Shown here in pieces: positions 1-14,113 of a DNA stretch of 64,000 nt. Location: the NCBI GenBank assembly GCA_000165425.1, contig CT868063.1:310001-374000 (forward strand), in the 5' to 3' direction. The notes below the pieces were generated by a model, which saw only the letters and a program-made list of their open reading frames with translations, was not told the DNA's origin and searched no databases. The DNA is from Paramecium tetraurelia. Lineage: Eukaryota. The position numbers were made by a program, and so were the translations under genes. Numbering within the stretch: position 1 is the first letter of the stretch; each line of letters begins with the position of its first letter.

Positions 1-458
1 GCCGTCATTATAAATAAAATAATAGAAAAAAGAATAATAATAGAAATAACTTAGATTACCTTTGTTATTGAAGTAGGACAAGCCAACTCTTGCGAAAAGG
101 AGAAGGAGTCTTAATTTATTTGTTATATGATGAGAACGATTGAAAAAATGATTATAATACAAATTTTAGTTATTATTTTTCTTTCGTTTTTTAAATTTTG
201 CTGAGTGAGGATTTCATTCATAGTCTCTTAGTTTTTCAATCAAATAATCTATGACTAAAACTTATTTATCGAATTTCTGAGTAGATGATTTTCTTGAGCT
301 TTATGAATCTGATTCTAAGTCATTTAAATTGAATTCCTCAAGACTATCTAAAGAGGGACTTGGCAGAGGTCTAGAATAATATTTAATAAATACCTTGTTT
401 TTAATGGTGAAGAAGGAGTAAAGCTTGTTTTGAATTGAAAAAGGTTTTAATTATCCAT
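1..458 (-). CDS. Hypothetical protein, 5' part only (runs off the window)
   Basis: ATG at 458 gives MDNQNLFQFKTSFTPSSPLKTR; 23-nt GT..AG intron at 371-393; open with TAA/TAG=Gln. Confidence 0.55.
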
Positions 459-674
459 AAAGATGACTAACTATTAAAAATATATATTTATTTAATTTCA
501 AATTGAAAATCACTAATTAAAATTTGTAATTTAATAGAATTCTACAAAATTAATTTGAAAAGATTATAATTCTAGGATATAACTTTATCATATCAATATG
601 TAGCCAATAGAAATTGATGTATTAGAAATTGAAAAAAGAACCATTTATTTTTGATTTCGATGATATTATAATAA

Positions 675-3097
675 TCATAATAATTTATGACTTAATGTAG
701 GCATGGACAACTCCGTTATTGGAGGTGTGATTGTAAAAGTAACTAATCTTTCACCTTATGGAGGTATAAAACTCTTGAAATAATAACCTCTTTCCGGTTT
801 GGTCAATTTACAACCTCCCTTGTTCACTAAGTTTGTTTCAAAGTTCACTTATTGATTGGATTCATTCTTATAATAGATGTAACCAATTCTAAAAATAGTA
901 AACAATAAATAACCCTAGATTTCCATTATTGTCCATCTTCATAGTGATTCCTGGCAATACTTCTTCCACCTTATTGTTGGATCTGACTTGATGCATCATT
1001 GTCTAAGAAACAAGATTTGGATCCCTGGGAACTTCCTTCAATTACACATATTGTTCTCCATAAGTGCTCAACACAACTGAATGTTCATTCCAAGATGGTA
1101 CATGCCATTTGATTTTGATGTATAAAATGTATTTACCAGGAGTGAAATTCTCTCCTACTCTGCCAACATGTGTTTCAATGTCCTTATAGAATTTTCCCTC
1201 TAAGTATTCATATCCATTTTGTAATTCCTTTGCTAATAAGAGTCTAACATAAGAGTATTCATATTTCAATTCAGGTTGAGATCTATATTATCTTGTAGAT
1301 TCTTAATGAATGGCAAAGAAGTATTCTCCTTCTTTTTTAATTTCGAATTCGAAATACACTCCCTTGTTCCTTCTAACGTTGAATCTCATAGAGTTATAAA
1401 TGTAATCAGTTTTGAAATATCCACAGAACACTGAAAAGAAGTATTTGGTATAATCATCTAATGACATAAAAAAGATTCCGTCATTTTCCTTTCCAGTATT
1501 TCCAGCCTACTCTCTTAATTCAGGGGTCCACAAATCTGATTCGTCACTCCAATCACCCTTCCATTCTTTACGTGCCCATGGATTTCTTATCTTAAGTAAA
1601 TGAACTTATCCTCTTTAAGGATGATTTACAGTCTTAACATTTAAGATAGAGTATGCATGTCCTGGTTCTAATCCAATAGCAGAGTAGTCAGCATTTTTAC
1701 TATAAGTACCAGTCACCATAACACACTTTTGTTTAACGCAAGTAATGAAATTTTCTTTGAAATTTGGCTTGTTTGTTAATAAAAGCCAAACTGGACCTCC
1801 TGTAATTGTTTTGATAACTTCTCTGGGATCTCCAGCATCAATATTAGTATAGGACCCATTTACTTTTGCCCATGATTTCTCTAACAATGACACCCAAATC
1901 TCTTTATCAGCATTTTTGGTAAAGGCAATTTTGCCATTTTTTACTGGTATATTATCATCTATAGGGATAACTTTCCACTCTCCATTAATGCACATCTTAA
2001 CACCATAAACACCAAATTTGTTTGCTCTCTAAATAGGGAATAGGTCTTTAATTTGATCAGGCCTAAATAATTAAGTGAAAATATATACCATTTGCATGCT
2101 ATGGAACTCAAAGTTGACATAAAATAGCAATCACCTAGATCACCTTGGCAAATATCTCTATGAGATATCCATTTATTTAAGCCAACACCACTTTTATCAT
2201 GTTGGGTATCTATTGAAAAAACCTTTTGTTCTCCTTAAAAGAGTTCTTATAAACGTTTCCAATTATTGGCACTGAATTTTGGTCCCAAACTTGTTACATT
2301 TGGGGGGAAATCAGGATCTGTAAATATCTCTTATGTTTATTAGCATCTTTTTTAAAGATCAGCCAATTCCTTTACTCCTGGAATCTTAAAGTCAACTCCC
2401 ATAAAATCTTTAAATCTTTCATCTTCTTCCCTAGTCAATTCTAAACTAATTGTTTATTATGGTTTGGGAATAGTCAATAGATTTGATGTTTCTAGAATCA
2501 ATTAATATTCATACTTGATGGGGCTTCCAAAATGATTTATGGATCACCTTGAGTATTTTCAAAAACAATCTCCTACCATTTTTCAAACAGACTGACAATT
2601 GCACTTTCACTTAATGGATTATCAGGAAATTCCTCTCTGAGCTTTTTGAATTGTGCATCTGTTATTGCCACGTAAAAGAATTCTAATAAATTTCTAAATT
2701 CAGGGTCTTATAGTTCTTTATCCTTATTTTTGTCATAGAAATTATACAATCTCTATATGGGCACCTTCTTTTCTCTCACTCCTCTAATGATATTCTTTAA
2801 CAATGGTAAAGAATCATAAGAATTTTATGATCCTCCTCTCAATGTAAATTCTTCATCATCCACTATTTATTGATAAATATCCTCTGTTATTCCTGCAGGG
2901 CTTTTGAATTTGGTAATCACCTTCAGATAAAAGTACTTTATGTCTTCATTAGAGATATTTGGATCGAAAACTTACACTAGCTATCTTATCTATTCTAAAT
3001 TCAAAGCCTAGGTCTTAAATTCATGCAACAATTCCCTTGGGCTTCTTAGCATAATAAATTAAGATAGAGCTTCTTGAATTAACGAATCTGAGCTCAT
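675..3097 (-). CDS. Calpain-family cysteine protease (C2) with N-terminal EF-hand-like region
   Basis: Catalytic motifs QGDLGDCYF, GHAYS, IRNPW and LLEKSWAK; EF-hand-like DKNKDKELQDPE near the N-terminus; short introns; ends ..SHKLL-TGA. Confidence 0.92.
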
Positions 3098-3328
3098 TTT
3101 AGATATTTTATTAAATAATTAGTAACTTAACATTAATTGGATATGAATTCCATTATTATTTTATGAAATAACTTAAATAAACAATCAAACTATATATACA
3201 ATATATATCCTAATAAATTTTATATCAAAATTTGATATCCGAAAATACATACTTAACATAATTCGAAAAGTTAATTTATTTAAAACAACTCTTAAAAAGT
3301 AATAAATTTATAGAATACGCTAATCATA

Positions 3329-4869
3329 TCAAAATAATCCCTAATCCCTTTTTTCATTTAATAATCTAATTTTTGTGTTGGAGAAGTAATACTTTTCACA
3401 TTGTTTGGCAGAAAAGTGAATTTAATTAACCTAATTTTCTTCTTCATCCATTAATTCAGCTTCATCTTCATCATTAAAAACAATGCTGTCCTTAACAACC
3501 TATAAGTTCTCATTATATATAGAATCATCGCTATCTTCAAACTAACCGTCTTTCATTTTTGATTTATTCCACAATGGTGATGTACATTTTATGCTCAGAA
3601 ACTTCTGATGTTTTTTATGTCCACATAAATTAGTCTACGTTGAAAGTATTAAATTATTTGTTAAACTTGGAGGTAATTTGAACCATTCATGCCTTAAAGC
3701 CTCTTAAGCTGTGGGTCTCCTCTCAGGATTCTCATTCAATAAACTAAAGACAAATTACTTTGCCTTCTCAGTAATATTGATTTATTTTAATTACAATTAA
3801 TTTACCTTTGCTTATAAATTATTTTAATAAATTTCTTATGTTGAATTGCCTGCAAATGGTAAAGTACCTGTAAATAAAGTATATAAAATAACTCCTATTG
3901 AATAAATATCAATCTTTTAATTGTAAGGCTAATTTCTTAAGACTTCCGGTGCTATATATCCTATTGTACCACATTTTTCCAAATATTAAACTTCATTTTT
4001 ATAATATTCAGCCAATCCAAAATCAGCAATTGCAAAATCTGTATAATTATTTGAATCTTTTAAAATTAAATTTTCTGGTTTCAAATCTCTATGCATGATT
4101 CCTGTTTAATGAACATAGCCTATGATTTTTAATAAATTTGATGCAAAATCCATGACAAATTATTCGTTATATTTGTATGTTGGTGATCGTATTTAATCCA
4201 ACAATTCACCACCATTTAAACATTCTAATATGATGTAGATCTTCTTTTTATTTTCAAATACTTCAAATAGTCTTGTAATACCATCATGATCCAATTACCT
4301 TAGAATTGATATTTCCTTAAGCAAATGAGACTAAAATGATATACTTATAATACCAAGGAAGATTCCGAAAATTTATTTTTTTCAAATTACTTAGTTGCGA
4401 ATGTCTATCCTGTTTTTATATTTAAAATTCTAAAAACCTTTGCTTATGATCCTCTACCAAGTAATTCACATTTTTTAAATTATTTTTTGAAATTTCTTTA
4501 AATAGCATAATGCTTTAAATGTTCAAACCACTTCAACAAGGATTCTATTTTACCCTAAATTAGAATCTTTTTTCCTTGTTTTTACATTAAAATGAAAGAA
4601 TCATGTAATTAGTTTGCTTTAGATTCATCATAACTTATCTAACAATTTTCAAAATTAATAAATTTATTCTTCTTTATAAGATATTGGTTGAACAAATAAT
4701 AATGCTTTTTGATTCGAAATTCATCCTACTTGTTTGAAAATTTTAAATGCTCGTCGCTTTTTGTTATTTTTGCACTTTTGTTGGTAAGATAGATTCTAAA
4801 TTCCTTTGTGATTAATTAGGGTTCAAATTTTTCATCTTGATTCCTACCATTATCATTGATTTATAACAT
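3329..4869 (-). CDS. Ser/Thr protein kinase, CAMK-like, with N-terminal PH-like region
   Basis: [35 protein letters not shown]; acidic C-terminal tail. Confidence 0.9.
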
Positions 4870-5008
4870 AGAAAATTTTAAATAGTAAATTTATTAAAAA
4901 TTTACTAACCAAAAATATAATGACCATTAAACTATTATTTATTTAATGGAAAGAAACCTTAAATATTAGTTACAACATAATTCTAAGATAATATTATCAA
5001 TTTTCTTA

Positions 5009-6588
5009 TCATTTTCTTCCTCCCTTGATACTTAAGTGATAAATTTGTAGTAGACTGGCTGGAGATTTAGTATATTTATAGAAATCATCATCGTTCATTT
5101 CCTCAAAGTTCTCTTCTATGCTTCCTTATCTCAATTTATATTTATAATCTACTTAGGTTTCCTCCTCTTGTACTTAATCTTGAATGTCGTCGAGAATGCT
5201 TATACATTCTGAAGCATTCTTGGATTTAGAACTGTCAGAGAGAGTAATCTTAGAGCAAAGGTTGTTCCATAAGGGAGATTACGAAATAATGATATTTTGC
5301 AATTCAGGTCTTTTTTTGATGTTTAAGAGTGGTATATTCTTTAATGAAAGTGAAAAATATTGTAAAGTTTCCATTTTAGGTAAATAAAACCAATCATGTT
5401 AAAGAGCCTAATAAGCAGTAGGTCTTTGATTTTGATTCTATTCTAAAAGACAAGTCACAAAATCATATGCATGAGTACTGATTTTGGCCATCTTTAATTA
5501 TTCAAAGTCAATATTGCATTACAAATTGCTCTTAATGACTTCATTGGTATCCTTACCACCAAAGGGACTAGAATCAGTGAGCAACATAAACATAATCACT
5601 CCTACAGAGAATACATCAACTTTGTAATCATAGATTTCATTTCTCAATATTTCCGGAGCTATATATCCTATAGTTCCACACCTTGAGAAGATATATTCAC
5701 CTCTAATGTTATACTCATCTGATAATCCAAAGTCAGCGATCACAAGATCTGTGATATTGGCTTAGGATCTTAATAATAAATTTTAAGGCTTGATATCTCT
5801 GTGTAATATTTTATTTTGATGAATATAATCCAAGGCTTATAATAAATTTTTTATTAATTCTTGCACAACGGATTCACTATACACCTCTGCAGAACTAATT
5901 GCTTATAATAACTCTCCTCCTGGCAAATAGTCTAGTATTAAATAGAGATGTTTGGCATTTTCGTAAACTTCGTTTAATTTTATGACATTTTTATGTTATA
6001 ATTATCTCAGTATCTAAATTTCTTTAAAGAGACCTAGCTTTGAATATCAATCATTCATTACTTTGTTACTGATATTATTCTTTTTAAACACCTTAACCGC
6101 ATAGACTTGGTTGTCTCTCTTACTAAAAATTTTGTACACTTTTGCATGGGCTCCTTTCCCAGTTAATTTAATAAAATCGTAATTCATTCGAAAATCATTT
6201 TAGATCGTATATATCTTAATATAACCATACCATTCATCAATAATGTCCTTACTTCCATATAATAACAATGTCTCGTAATTTGTACTCAATTCTAATCCAT
6301 AATACTAAATTCATATGATTTTAATACATGTTCCCTCATTGTTTTTTTGAGAATTAGGTTTTCTAAATTTATGTGTTTATTTTTTGATATTAGATACTAA
6401 TTCTGTAAATGATAATGAGGTTTCTAGATTAATTCATCCTATCCATTGATGGAATAAATTTTATTTTGATGATGATCTTAATTTAATGATCGTACAATTT
6501 GAAGTACTTGATGTGCATTCTCTCTTTTCCATAATGCATCATTCCTATTTTGAATCTCATAGAAGTAAGAGTTATTACTTTAATTCAT
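5009..6588 (-). CDS. Ser/Thr protein kinase, CAMK-like, with N-terminal PH-like region (tandem paralog)
   Basis: TGKGAHAKV, LHRDIKPQN, IADFGLS, RCGTIGYIAPE, KVDVFSVG. Confidence 0.9.
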
Positions 6589-7046
6589 TTATTTTATATT
6601 ATTATTCACTTAAGAAATTATAATTTTGATCTTTAGCTGAATCATTTATTCTCAGTACTATAGCATTTAATATATGAGATAATGATTATTGTATTAATAT
6701 ATGGAGAATACAAAATGTCAGCCAAATCAAATAAAACACTACCAAAATATTTGAAATGATTGATTACGTATGTTACAATAATTTTAAGAAAGTTAATTTA
6801 ATTAAATGGATAATATACTCAAATATTGACAACGAAAATAACGAAATCTCCACTTATAAATTTATCTTTATTCTATAATCCTAATAACTACAAAGATATC
6901 CCTTTTTAGAAGTTTTAACAATAGTTGAGTGTTCAAAGGATGAAATGGTAAAGTTAAAATATTGTAAATTTACAATATTCACAATAATTATTAATTCATA
7001 TATATTTAATATTATAATTAATAACAGAAAAATTGATTAATTTAGA

Positions 7047-8949
7047 ATGCTCAGGATTCAAAATCGCATTAAACATGATAATGCTGAATTGCTGGCTATT
7101 ATAGATAGATGTGCATGTATGATATTTTTTGAAGTTAGAAATTATGAAAGAAGACAGGTTGACTCTAAGGCAAATGATAAAAGACAATAATTCAGAAATT
7201 ATTTCATTAGTTACAACATATAAGAAGAAGAATGGTATGAATTTTCATTCAATATTGTAGATCTAAGATTGTTATAATAAGAATTAAGAAAGTTGTTGAA
7301 TAAAGTTAAAGGCAAATAATAATAATAATAATAATAAACTCAGATTTAATTTAATACTAGAACAACAAAAGAAAACTAACTAAATATTTCTCAATCTAAA
7401 ACTTCGCGAACTCCTTCAAGATAAACTGCAAGTATTTAAAAAAATAGAAATTTTGTAAGTCCACCTAAAAGATCTTTAAGCAGATAAACTAAATAGTCAA
7501 TAATCCCTAAATAAGAAAACTCTCCAAGATTCAATGAGGATATTAAATAGAATAGTCCCACTTCTCCAGAATTTCATTTGTATATAATTAAAATTAACCT
7601 TTAAGTGTTTCCCCAAATAAAATTGAATTGCAAAGATAACAACTAGAACAATTTGAATAAAAACTAAAGCAATATACTTAAGGTGATAACTTCTAAAAAT
7701 TGTTTGATCAATAAGAATACGCAAAAAAGAGAGATGATATTGTTCTAGCTAGTTTTTAAAATGTATTTAATTGTTGTTAATTATTAGTTTACAGTTTAGC
7801 ATTCAGAACCCGATAAGGATTAGAATAAAGACAAAGAGGAAGAACTATCATCATAAAATCTTCACAGAAGACAACATTCATACATGTCAATGACAAAAGA
7901 AATTGGAACTCATTAACATCATAATACTGAAATAATAGAAATCAAGTTATCTACATAATCAAAATAAGAGCCAAAATAGTCATTTGAAAACTCTTACAAG
8001 GATTTTGGAAGTGATTCTTAGGTGTATCAGAATAAACAGAGATATGGAACTGGAAAATATGATTAAGATACTCTAAATAGCATTTAAGTGTAGTAATAAG
8101 CCTAAATTGAACAAGAAAAGTAATAGCAATTTGAACATCAAAATGAGAACATCTATCAATCTTAATTATTAGACAAATATGAAGAGGATGAATATGTTTA
8201 ATTTTAAAATACTTAAAACGAGAGACAATAGACATAATAATTTGTAGCTACAAATGATGAAGATCAATATAAACCTGTGATTACTGAAGATGAAATAATG
8301 AAGAAGTATGCAGATTTGTTCACTGCACCTGATTTTTTGAAGTAATGCAGAGCTACTTGCTAGACTCAGAAAACTCTTGATTCATTTGCTGATAGTCGAA
8401 GCCTTAATTTCATTGTTCCTTGTTAAAGTATGGTCTGTTAGGATGTTGAAACAACTAAAAAGGGGAAATATACATTGTTATCTTAATTAACGGCTGAGTA
8501 AATATTTGATGAGATTTTTCCTGAATGTTCTTTATAGAAAATTAGCAAGGCCTTTTTTAGGTTTAAGATGGAGGTTGTATTTTAACAATTGCAGTGTGAT
8601 CCTTCATAAGAGGAATTAGATGAGTTGTTTTAGTAGGTTGATATTCAAAGAGATGGATTTGTGGATGTGAATGAGATGGGACAGTTTTTGGATAATGTTT
8701 GTCCTTAACAAGATAGATAAGTTTATAATCAAATTGATGTAAGCAATAAGGGATATTTTGATGAATAAGAATTGGGCTAAAGGTTAAATAAGAACATTGC
8801 AAGACAATACTTCTCAGAATTAGATTTATTAAACACTAATAAAATAACATATTGGGAATACTACTTGAAGTAATATATCATATTAATATAGACGTACTAC
8901 AAATATTGGACAATAAGTTATTAATATGATATAAGAAAGCTTAGATTGA
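7047..8949 (+). CDS. EF-hand domain protein with long low-complexity N-terminal half
   Basis: ORF with several tiny introns; C-terminal EF-hand-like loops DVSNKGYFDEQE and DLLNTNKITYWE; frame is also open upstream to an ATG at 6756, so the start is uncertain. Confidence 0.65.
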
Positions 8950-8993
8950 TTAAAAGTTTAATATAAAATTATTAAATTTTTATTATATCGTTA

Positions 8994-9679
8994 ATGTTGA
9001 CTTAGAAAGAATCATTGGGAAAGGAGGAAGATTTCAATTTGAATAAATTTCGCGATTCTTTGTATCTTAGAATGTCCAGTCCTAGTACCTTAAAAGTAAG
9101 TACCACACGGAAGGAGGATAATTCAGTTAAGAAATCTTCCAAATCTACTCTCTATACTGATTAACAACATAGAAAAAGGTGGGTTAAATATCTATAAATA
9201 GTGCTCCATCATTCGATGAATTACTTAAATCTATGAATAATGGGAATGCGCATGCATAATTATAGAATGGATCAAATCAAAAAAAAAGTATAAATGATTC
9301 ATCTAGAAAGATGAGTGGCTTATAACATAAAATAGAATGCTTTGGTAACAATGAAATAAACTAGTTAACCAAATTATCTCAGCCGTAATCCCAATTTATA
9401 AATTTTAGATTTATCAGCAATTAGCCACTCTACTAATCAACTAAAGCTTAACCTAAAAGAACTACATTCTCAAGCAGCATTACAGAAAACCCTGTTTTTA
9501 ATAAAGGCTCAGGGAAAACACTTTTGGATAAACTATCCTTAAAAGAATTGATAGAACTTAGAAGTAAAGTTGATCATAGTACTTAATCAGAAGTTCACCA
9601 ACTATCAGCTAATTATGTTTAAGAGTTAGTAAAGCTGTCTTAAATTATCACAAAGCAAGTTAAAAATGTTAAATATTGA
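8994..9679 (+). CDS. Hypothetical protein
   Basis: MLTQKESLGKEEDFNLNKFRDS.., one intron near 9179-9201, ends KQVKNVKY-TGA. Confidence 0.65.
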
Positions 9680-10009
9680 AATGATATATCTATCTACATT
9701 AATATAAAATAAAAATCATAATGTTTTTAATCAGTCCTCTACCAATATTATAAGAAATAATAGCCAAACAATGTTCATTATAACCTAAACAACTATTTTG
9801 AATTTTTGTATGGCCCTAAGGATTTGTATTATGAAATCATTAAGTCTACAACTTCTATTAACAAAACTATTGATACTACCCATAGTTGCAAACGCAAATA
9901 CACCATTATTAGAGATGAAACTAAACATGATGCGAAAAAACTAAATTGAGCCCTCAAAAGAGATTTAGAATGTACATAATTATGAGATTAATAAAATAAA
10001 AATATAGTA

Positions 10010-10577
10010 ATGTTCAAGAACAACTTCTATTCATATGTTGGAGGTACAAGATCAGACATTGCAATGAGTATTGAATCATACTTTGAAGTGATGGAGGTCC
10101 TTTTGGATTAATACTTAAGTAGAGAAGTAATGAATGGCTTTCTAAAATCCCTAGATGTTGTTCAATTTCAAAAACTGCAGTCAAGTATTGAATGACATCG
10201 TTGTCTCTGCACCTTTGGCTTTCTTGCCATTTTCACTTATAGGAACATAATGGTTGTTTGCAGGAGCCAATAGAAAAGGAGCCAATAAGGCTTATGGACC
10301 AATCCTTGCATCTGTTCATATGTTGGTGTTATGGAAAGCATATACTGCCCCAATTCCGAATAAATTGTTTACTAAAATCATTGCAGATCCAACTGTTGAT
10401 GGATAGTACATTAGGTATAAAATTATTAATCAATTAAGAACATAATTATCGGTAATGAAACCTGGGTTGTGGTAAGTTTTAAGTAGAGAATTGTATCACA
10501 AGGGGTATAGATACCCAGAGATGTTGGAATTCAAGACAGCTACCGAATTCCCAACTGGATTTGTTAAACCATATTGA
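10010..10577 (+). CDS. Small two-TM membrane protein, probable ciliate-specific mitochondrial inner-membrane complex subunit
   Basis: Two introns; ..PIPNKLFTKIIADPTVDGQYIRTQLSVMKPGLWQVLSRELYHKGYRYPEM..TEFPTGFVKPY; function assigned only from recalled resemblance to Tetrahymena OXPHOS subunits. Confidence 0.6.
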
Positions 10578-10647
10578 TGGCACATAATATATAAAATATA
10601 TCCAATAATTTAATACAATTATTTTTTAATATAAAATATTTAAGTAA

Positions 10648-13600
10648 ATGCAGACAGATGAACCATATGTGACTAATTTTTATATCGAATAATAAATAAA
10701 AATATTAAAACCACATCCTATAGCTATTAAATTAAGTGTCGATATTTTACAAAACTACTATTAATTGTAATAGGTAAGATATAACATTATCAAATTTAAT
10801 AGAGAGAATCCATTAGATCCTTCCAGTAATCACTGCATAACATTTATGACTTTTTCCGACAAGACCAATTCCAAGGATAATGGGAGATAAATAATTAAAT
10901 AAATATTTTACTTGACGAAATTTTAAAAATTGAAGAAAGCTCTATCAAAAAAATATCCTTTCGACGTTCTGTCTCTAGGAAATCATTAGCAAAGTATATT
11001 TTCTTACTTTACAAATTTGAATAGATCTTTTAAAATGCTATCTTCAAAATTAAGGATTAGTATTGATACATTCAGTAAAATTTGGATTGACAAATAAAGC
11101 ACTCCTAATCAATTGAAATGGTCTTGTTTATGTATTAAAAACATACAGAAGTACTTCTCCTTTTACTAAATAAAGTTAATTGAGACAAGATGTTGAAAGA
11201 GTAGTCAGAAAACAATAGAAAATGTTTATATGCAGAATTTGTGAGTCACAAGTGCAGGCAAATGACATGACTCAACATTGTATTCAATGTGAAAAAAAAG
11301 CTGAGAGTAAAAAAAGATTGATAGAGTTGAATTTAGAATTGGCAAATTTATGTGATCAAGCATATCACACCAAAAGAAATGTTTAAGTGAATTTAGCAAT
11401 CAAAAAGTATCTACATTTATAAATATTTAGAATGAAGGATAAAAATAAATAAAGACAGTATGCGAATAAATAATTTAGAAGAATATAATCTCTATATGAT
11501 TAGGAAGAAGATGAAGATGTTGAGGAAGGTGAATATCAATAAGAACAAAATTATATTGCAAATATAATGACATAAATCATTTACTTTGCTGAAAAAACAC
11601 TAAACAATTAGATAGAAATTGAAGACACCAAATGTAATCATTATTTGTAATTAGTGACTATTTTGCTATTGAATGATTTAGTAAGTTCTACTGAATACAT
11701 TGAAAACCAGGATGCCTTGAATATAATCAATTCAACTCATAAATGTTTATTGGAGAGACTTGAATATCATAAAAAGCAACAAGGATTTAACAAAAACGTT
11801 AAAAAGCAATCAAACTAAAACTAAGATTAAACTGAAGATAAAATTAATAAAATAAGAAGAGCATTTACTAAATCAAATTCAATTTCTTTTAGGCTTCCAA
11901 AATTCCAAAATAAATCATCCTCTTCTTTACAAAGAATATCAACTGATCCAATACAAGAGGAAGAGGATTCACCTACTCATCTTAAGGTTAAATCATCTTA
12001 AAAAATTATATCTTAAAGGAGCAGATTTAGAATGAACTCCTCCATTTTTAAGATAAGTGATGGCTCTGAATCACCCAAATCTCTAAAGAATATACAGCAA
12101 TCAATAAATCAATCTAAATCAAGTAGTTTAAATAATCATGAAACTAACTAATCTATCGATTCTAACAACACCAATAATAAGGTTGATTCATGTTACAAAA
12201 ATTCAAATACTGAACAAAAAAATGAATTAGCCTAACCTTCTCCAACTTAAAAAAAACTTTCATCATTCAAAGCTCAGCTTTAAAAATTAGCAGTTGAAAT
12301 AAAATAACCATCCTTATAAGAAATTAGTCATAAAATAGAGCCCTTAAATCTATCCATTAAGGAAGGAGAAAACTCATCAAATTTATCAAGTATTGACTCT
12401 GGAAGATCTAATTCAGCAACTAATAATGATTTAAATTTATTAGCATTATAAAAAAGATAGTGCAAACAAAAATAAACGAAAAAGTAGAACTTTCACTCAT
12501 AAGATATTGAAAAAATGCAGTAGTGCCATAAGATTTAACATAGAAAAAGTAGATTTTATGAAAATTAGATGTGTAAATCTCCTACAGTTTTGCATGATTA
12601 TTATAGATTAAATGATATTCAAATTGGTAAGGGATATCATTCAGATTCAAATTTAATTAAAACAACAGGTCATTCATAAAGTTAAACATCAAAAGTTGGA
12701 ATCAAAGATTTTGAATTCATTAAGCCATTAGGAAAAGGTGCTTATGGATGGGTATTCCTTGTTAAAAAGAAAGGATCTGGAGATTTGTATGCTTTAAAAA
12801 TAATTGATTGTGCTTAAAGGGTAATATTTTGAAATGATTTAGAATTTGGAAGCATTTCTTGAATAACTCAAAGCAGAAAGAAATATCTTTGAAATCCTTA
12901 ATAGCAATTTTGTAGTCAAGGCCTACTTCTCTTTTGTTCATGAACAATATTTATGCTTTGTTTAGGAATATATGGTTGGTGGAGACCTAGCAACCATTTT
13001 GAAAACATACACTGTATTACTTCTTAATATAAATAGGCTTTGGATGAATTTTATGTTCGTCATTACATGGCTGAAATAGTCCTAGCCTTGGATCATTTAA
13101 GGATATAAAATATAGTTCATAGAGATTTAAAACCAGAGAATATTCTATTGGATTGTCAAGGACACGCAAAACTTGCAGATTTTGGCCTGTCTGAATAAGG
13201 AGTCAATAGCAGATTAAAATTAAGGGATAGTTTAAATTCATTCAATACAATTGAGATACCAACGTGTGTTGAATAAATGATTGATCAATAAGGTTATCAG
13301 ACAGTATACAAATAACTGAGAAAAGTAGAATCTATTTTGGTAGATAAGTTTGGAAGTAAAACTAAAAAGTATATTATTCTTCAAAATATAGAATTGTAGG
13401 TACTCCTGATTATATTGCCCCAGAAATAATTTTGGGGACTTCTGCTAGTAATTTCAGTTGTGATTATTGGAGTTTAGGAGTTATTATGTATGAATTGCTG
13501 TGTGGAATTACTCCTTTTAATGATGATACAGTTGATAAAATATTTGATAATATTCTTAATATGAGATTAGAATGGCCTAGAATTGGTGATGGAGAAGATT

Positions 13601-14085
13601 GCATATCTGACTAGGCTTATGATTTAATGAGTAAATTATTAGAACCTGATTTTAAAAATCGTCTAGGACATAGATCCATTGAAGAGATTAAGAACCATCA
13701 ATTCTTTAAAGGTATTTTAAATGAGTTATTGAAAAAGGAATTTCTTGGAATACATTGTTAAGTAAGCCTGGTTTGATTGTTCCTGAATTGAACTGCGAAT
13801 AAAGGGACACAGAGAAAATGATGCAATTCTTAAAAAAATTAGAAAAAACAAATAAAGATAATGAGAACAAGAAATTAACATAATAATTAAATGCATAATT
13901 ACAGTTTTTAGAAAGAATTGACCTTCTTAAGTAGAGAAGTATTCAGGAATCAGAGAGATACTTGTATTAGAATATCATTAATTAGGTAATAAGTGAAACT
14001 TGAGGAATCGAAATTAAATACATAGATTGATACTTTGACATAATTTTTTGCTAAGATTTATTAAACTTATTCGTCGATGTAGTGA
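10648..14085 (+). CDS. AGC kinase, IRE/MAST/Greatwall/Rim15-like, with N-terminal CxxC..HC zinc finger
   Basis: [43 protein letters not shown], insert before [17 protein letters not shown]. Confidence 0.9.
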
Positions 14086-14113
14086 ATATATTTTGCATTA
14101 GTAAAATCATCAT

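Noticed and set aside
7315..7340. (TAA)n microsatellite; similar (TTA/TTG)n runs near 23415 and 62410
   Set aside because: These are poly-Gln tracts within coding sequence under the ciliate code, not independent repeats
9700..9980. Possible small minus-strand TM gene between 9679 and 10010, and near-palindrome TTGAGCCCTCAA
   Set aside because: No consistent start/intron/stop model could be built; similarity to the 15921 palindrome may be chance
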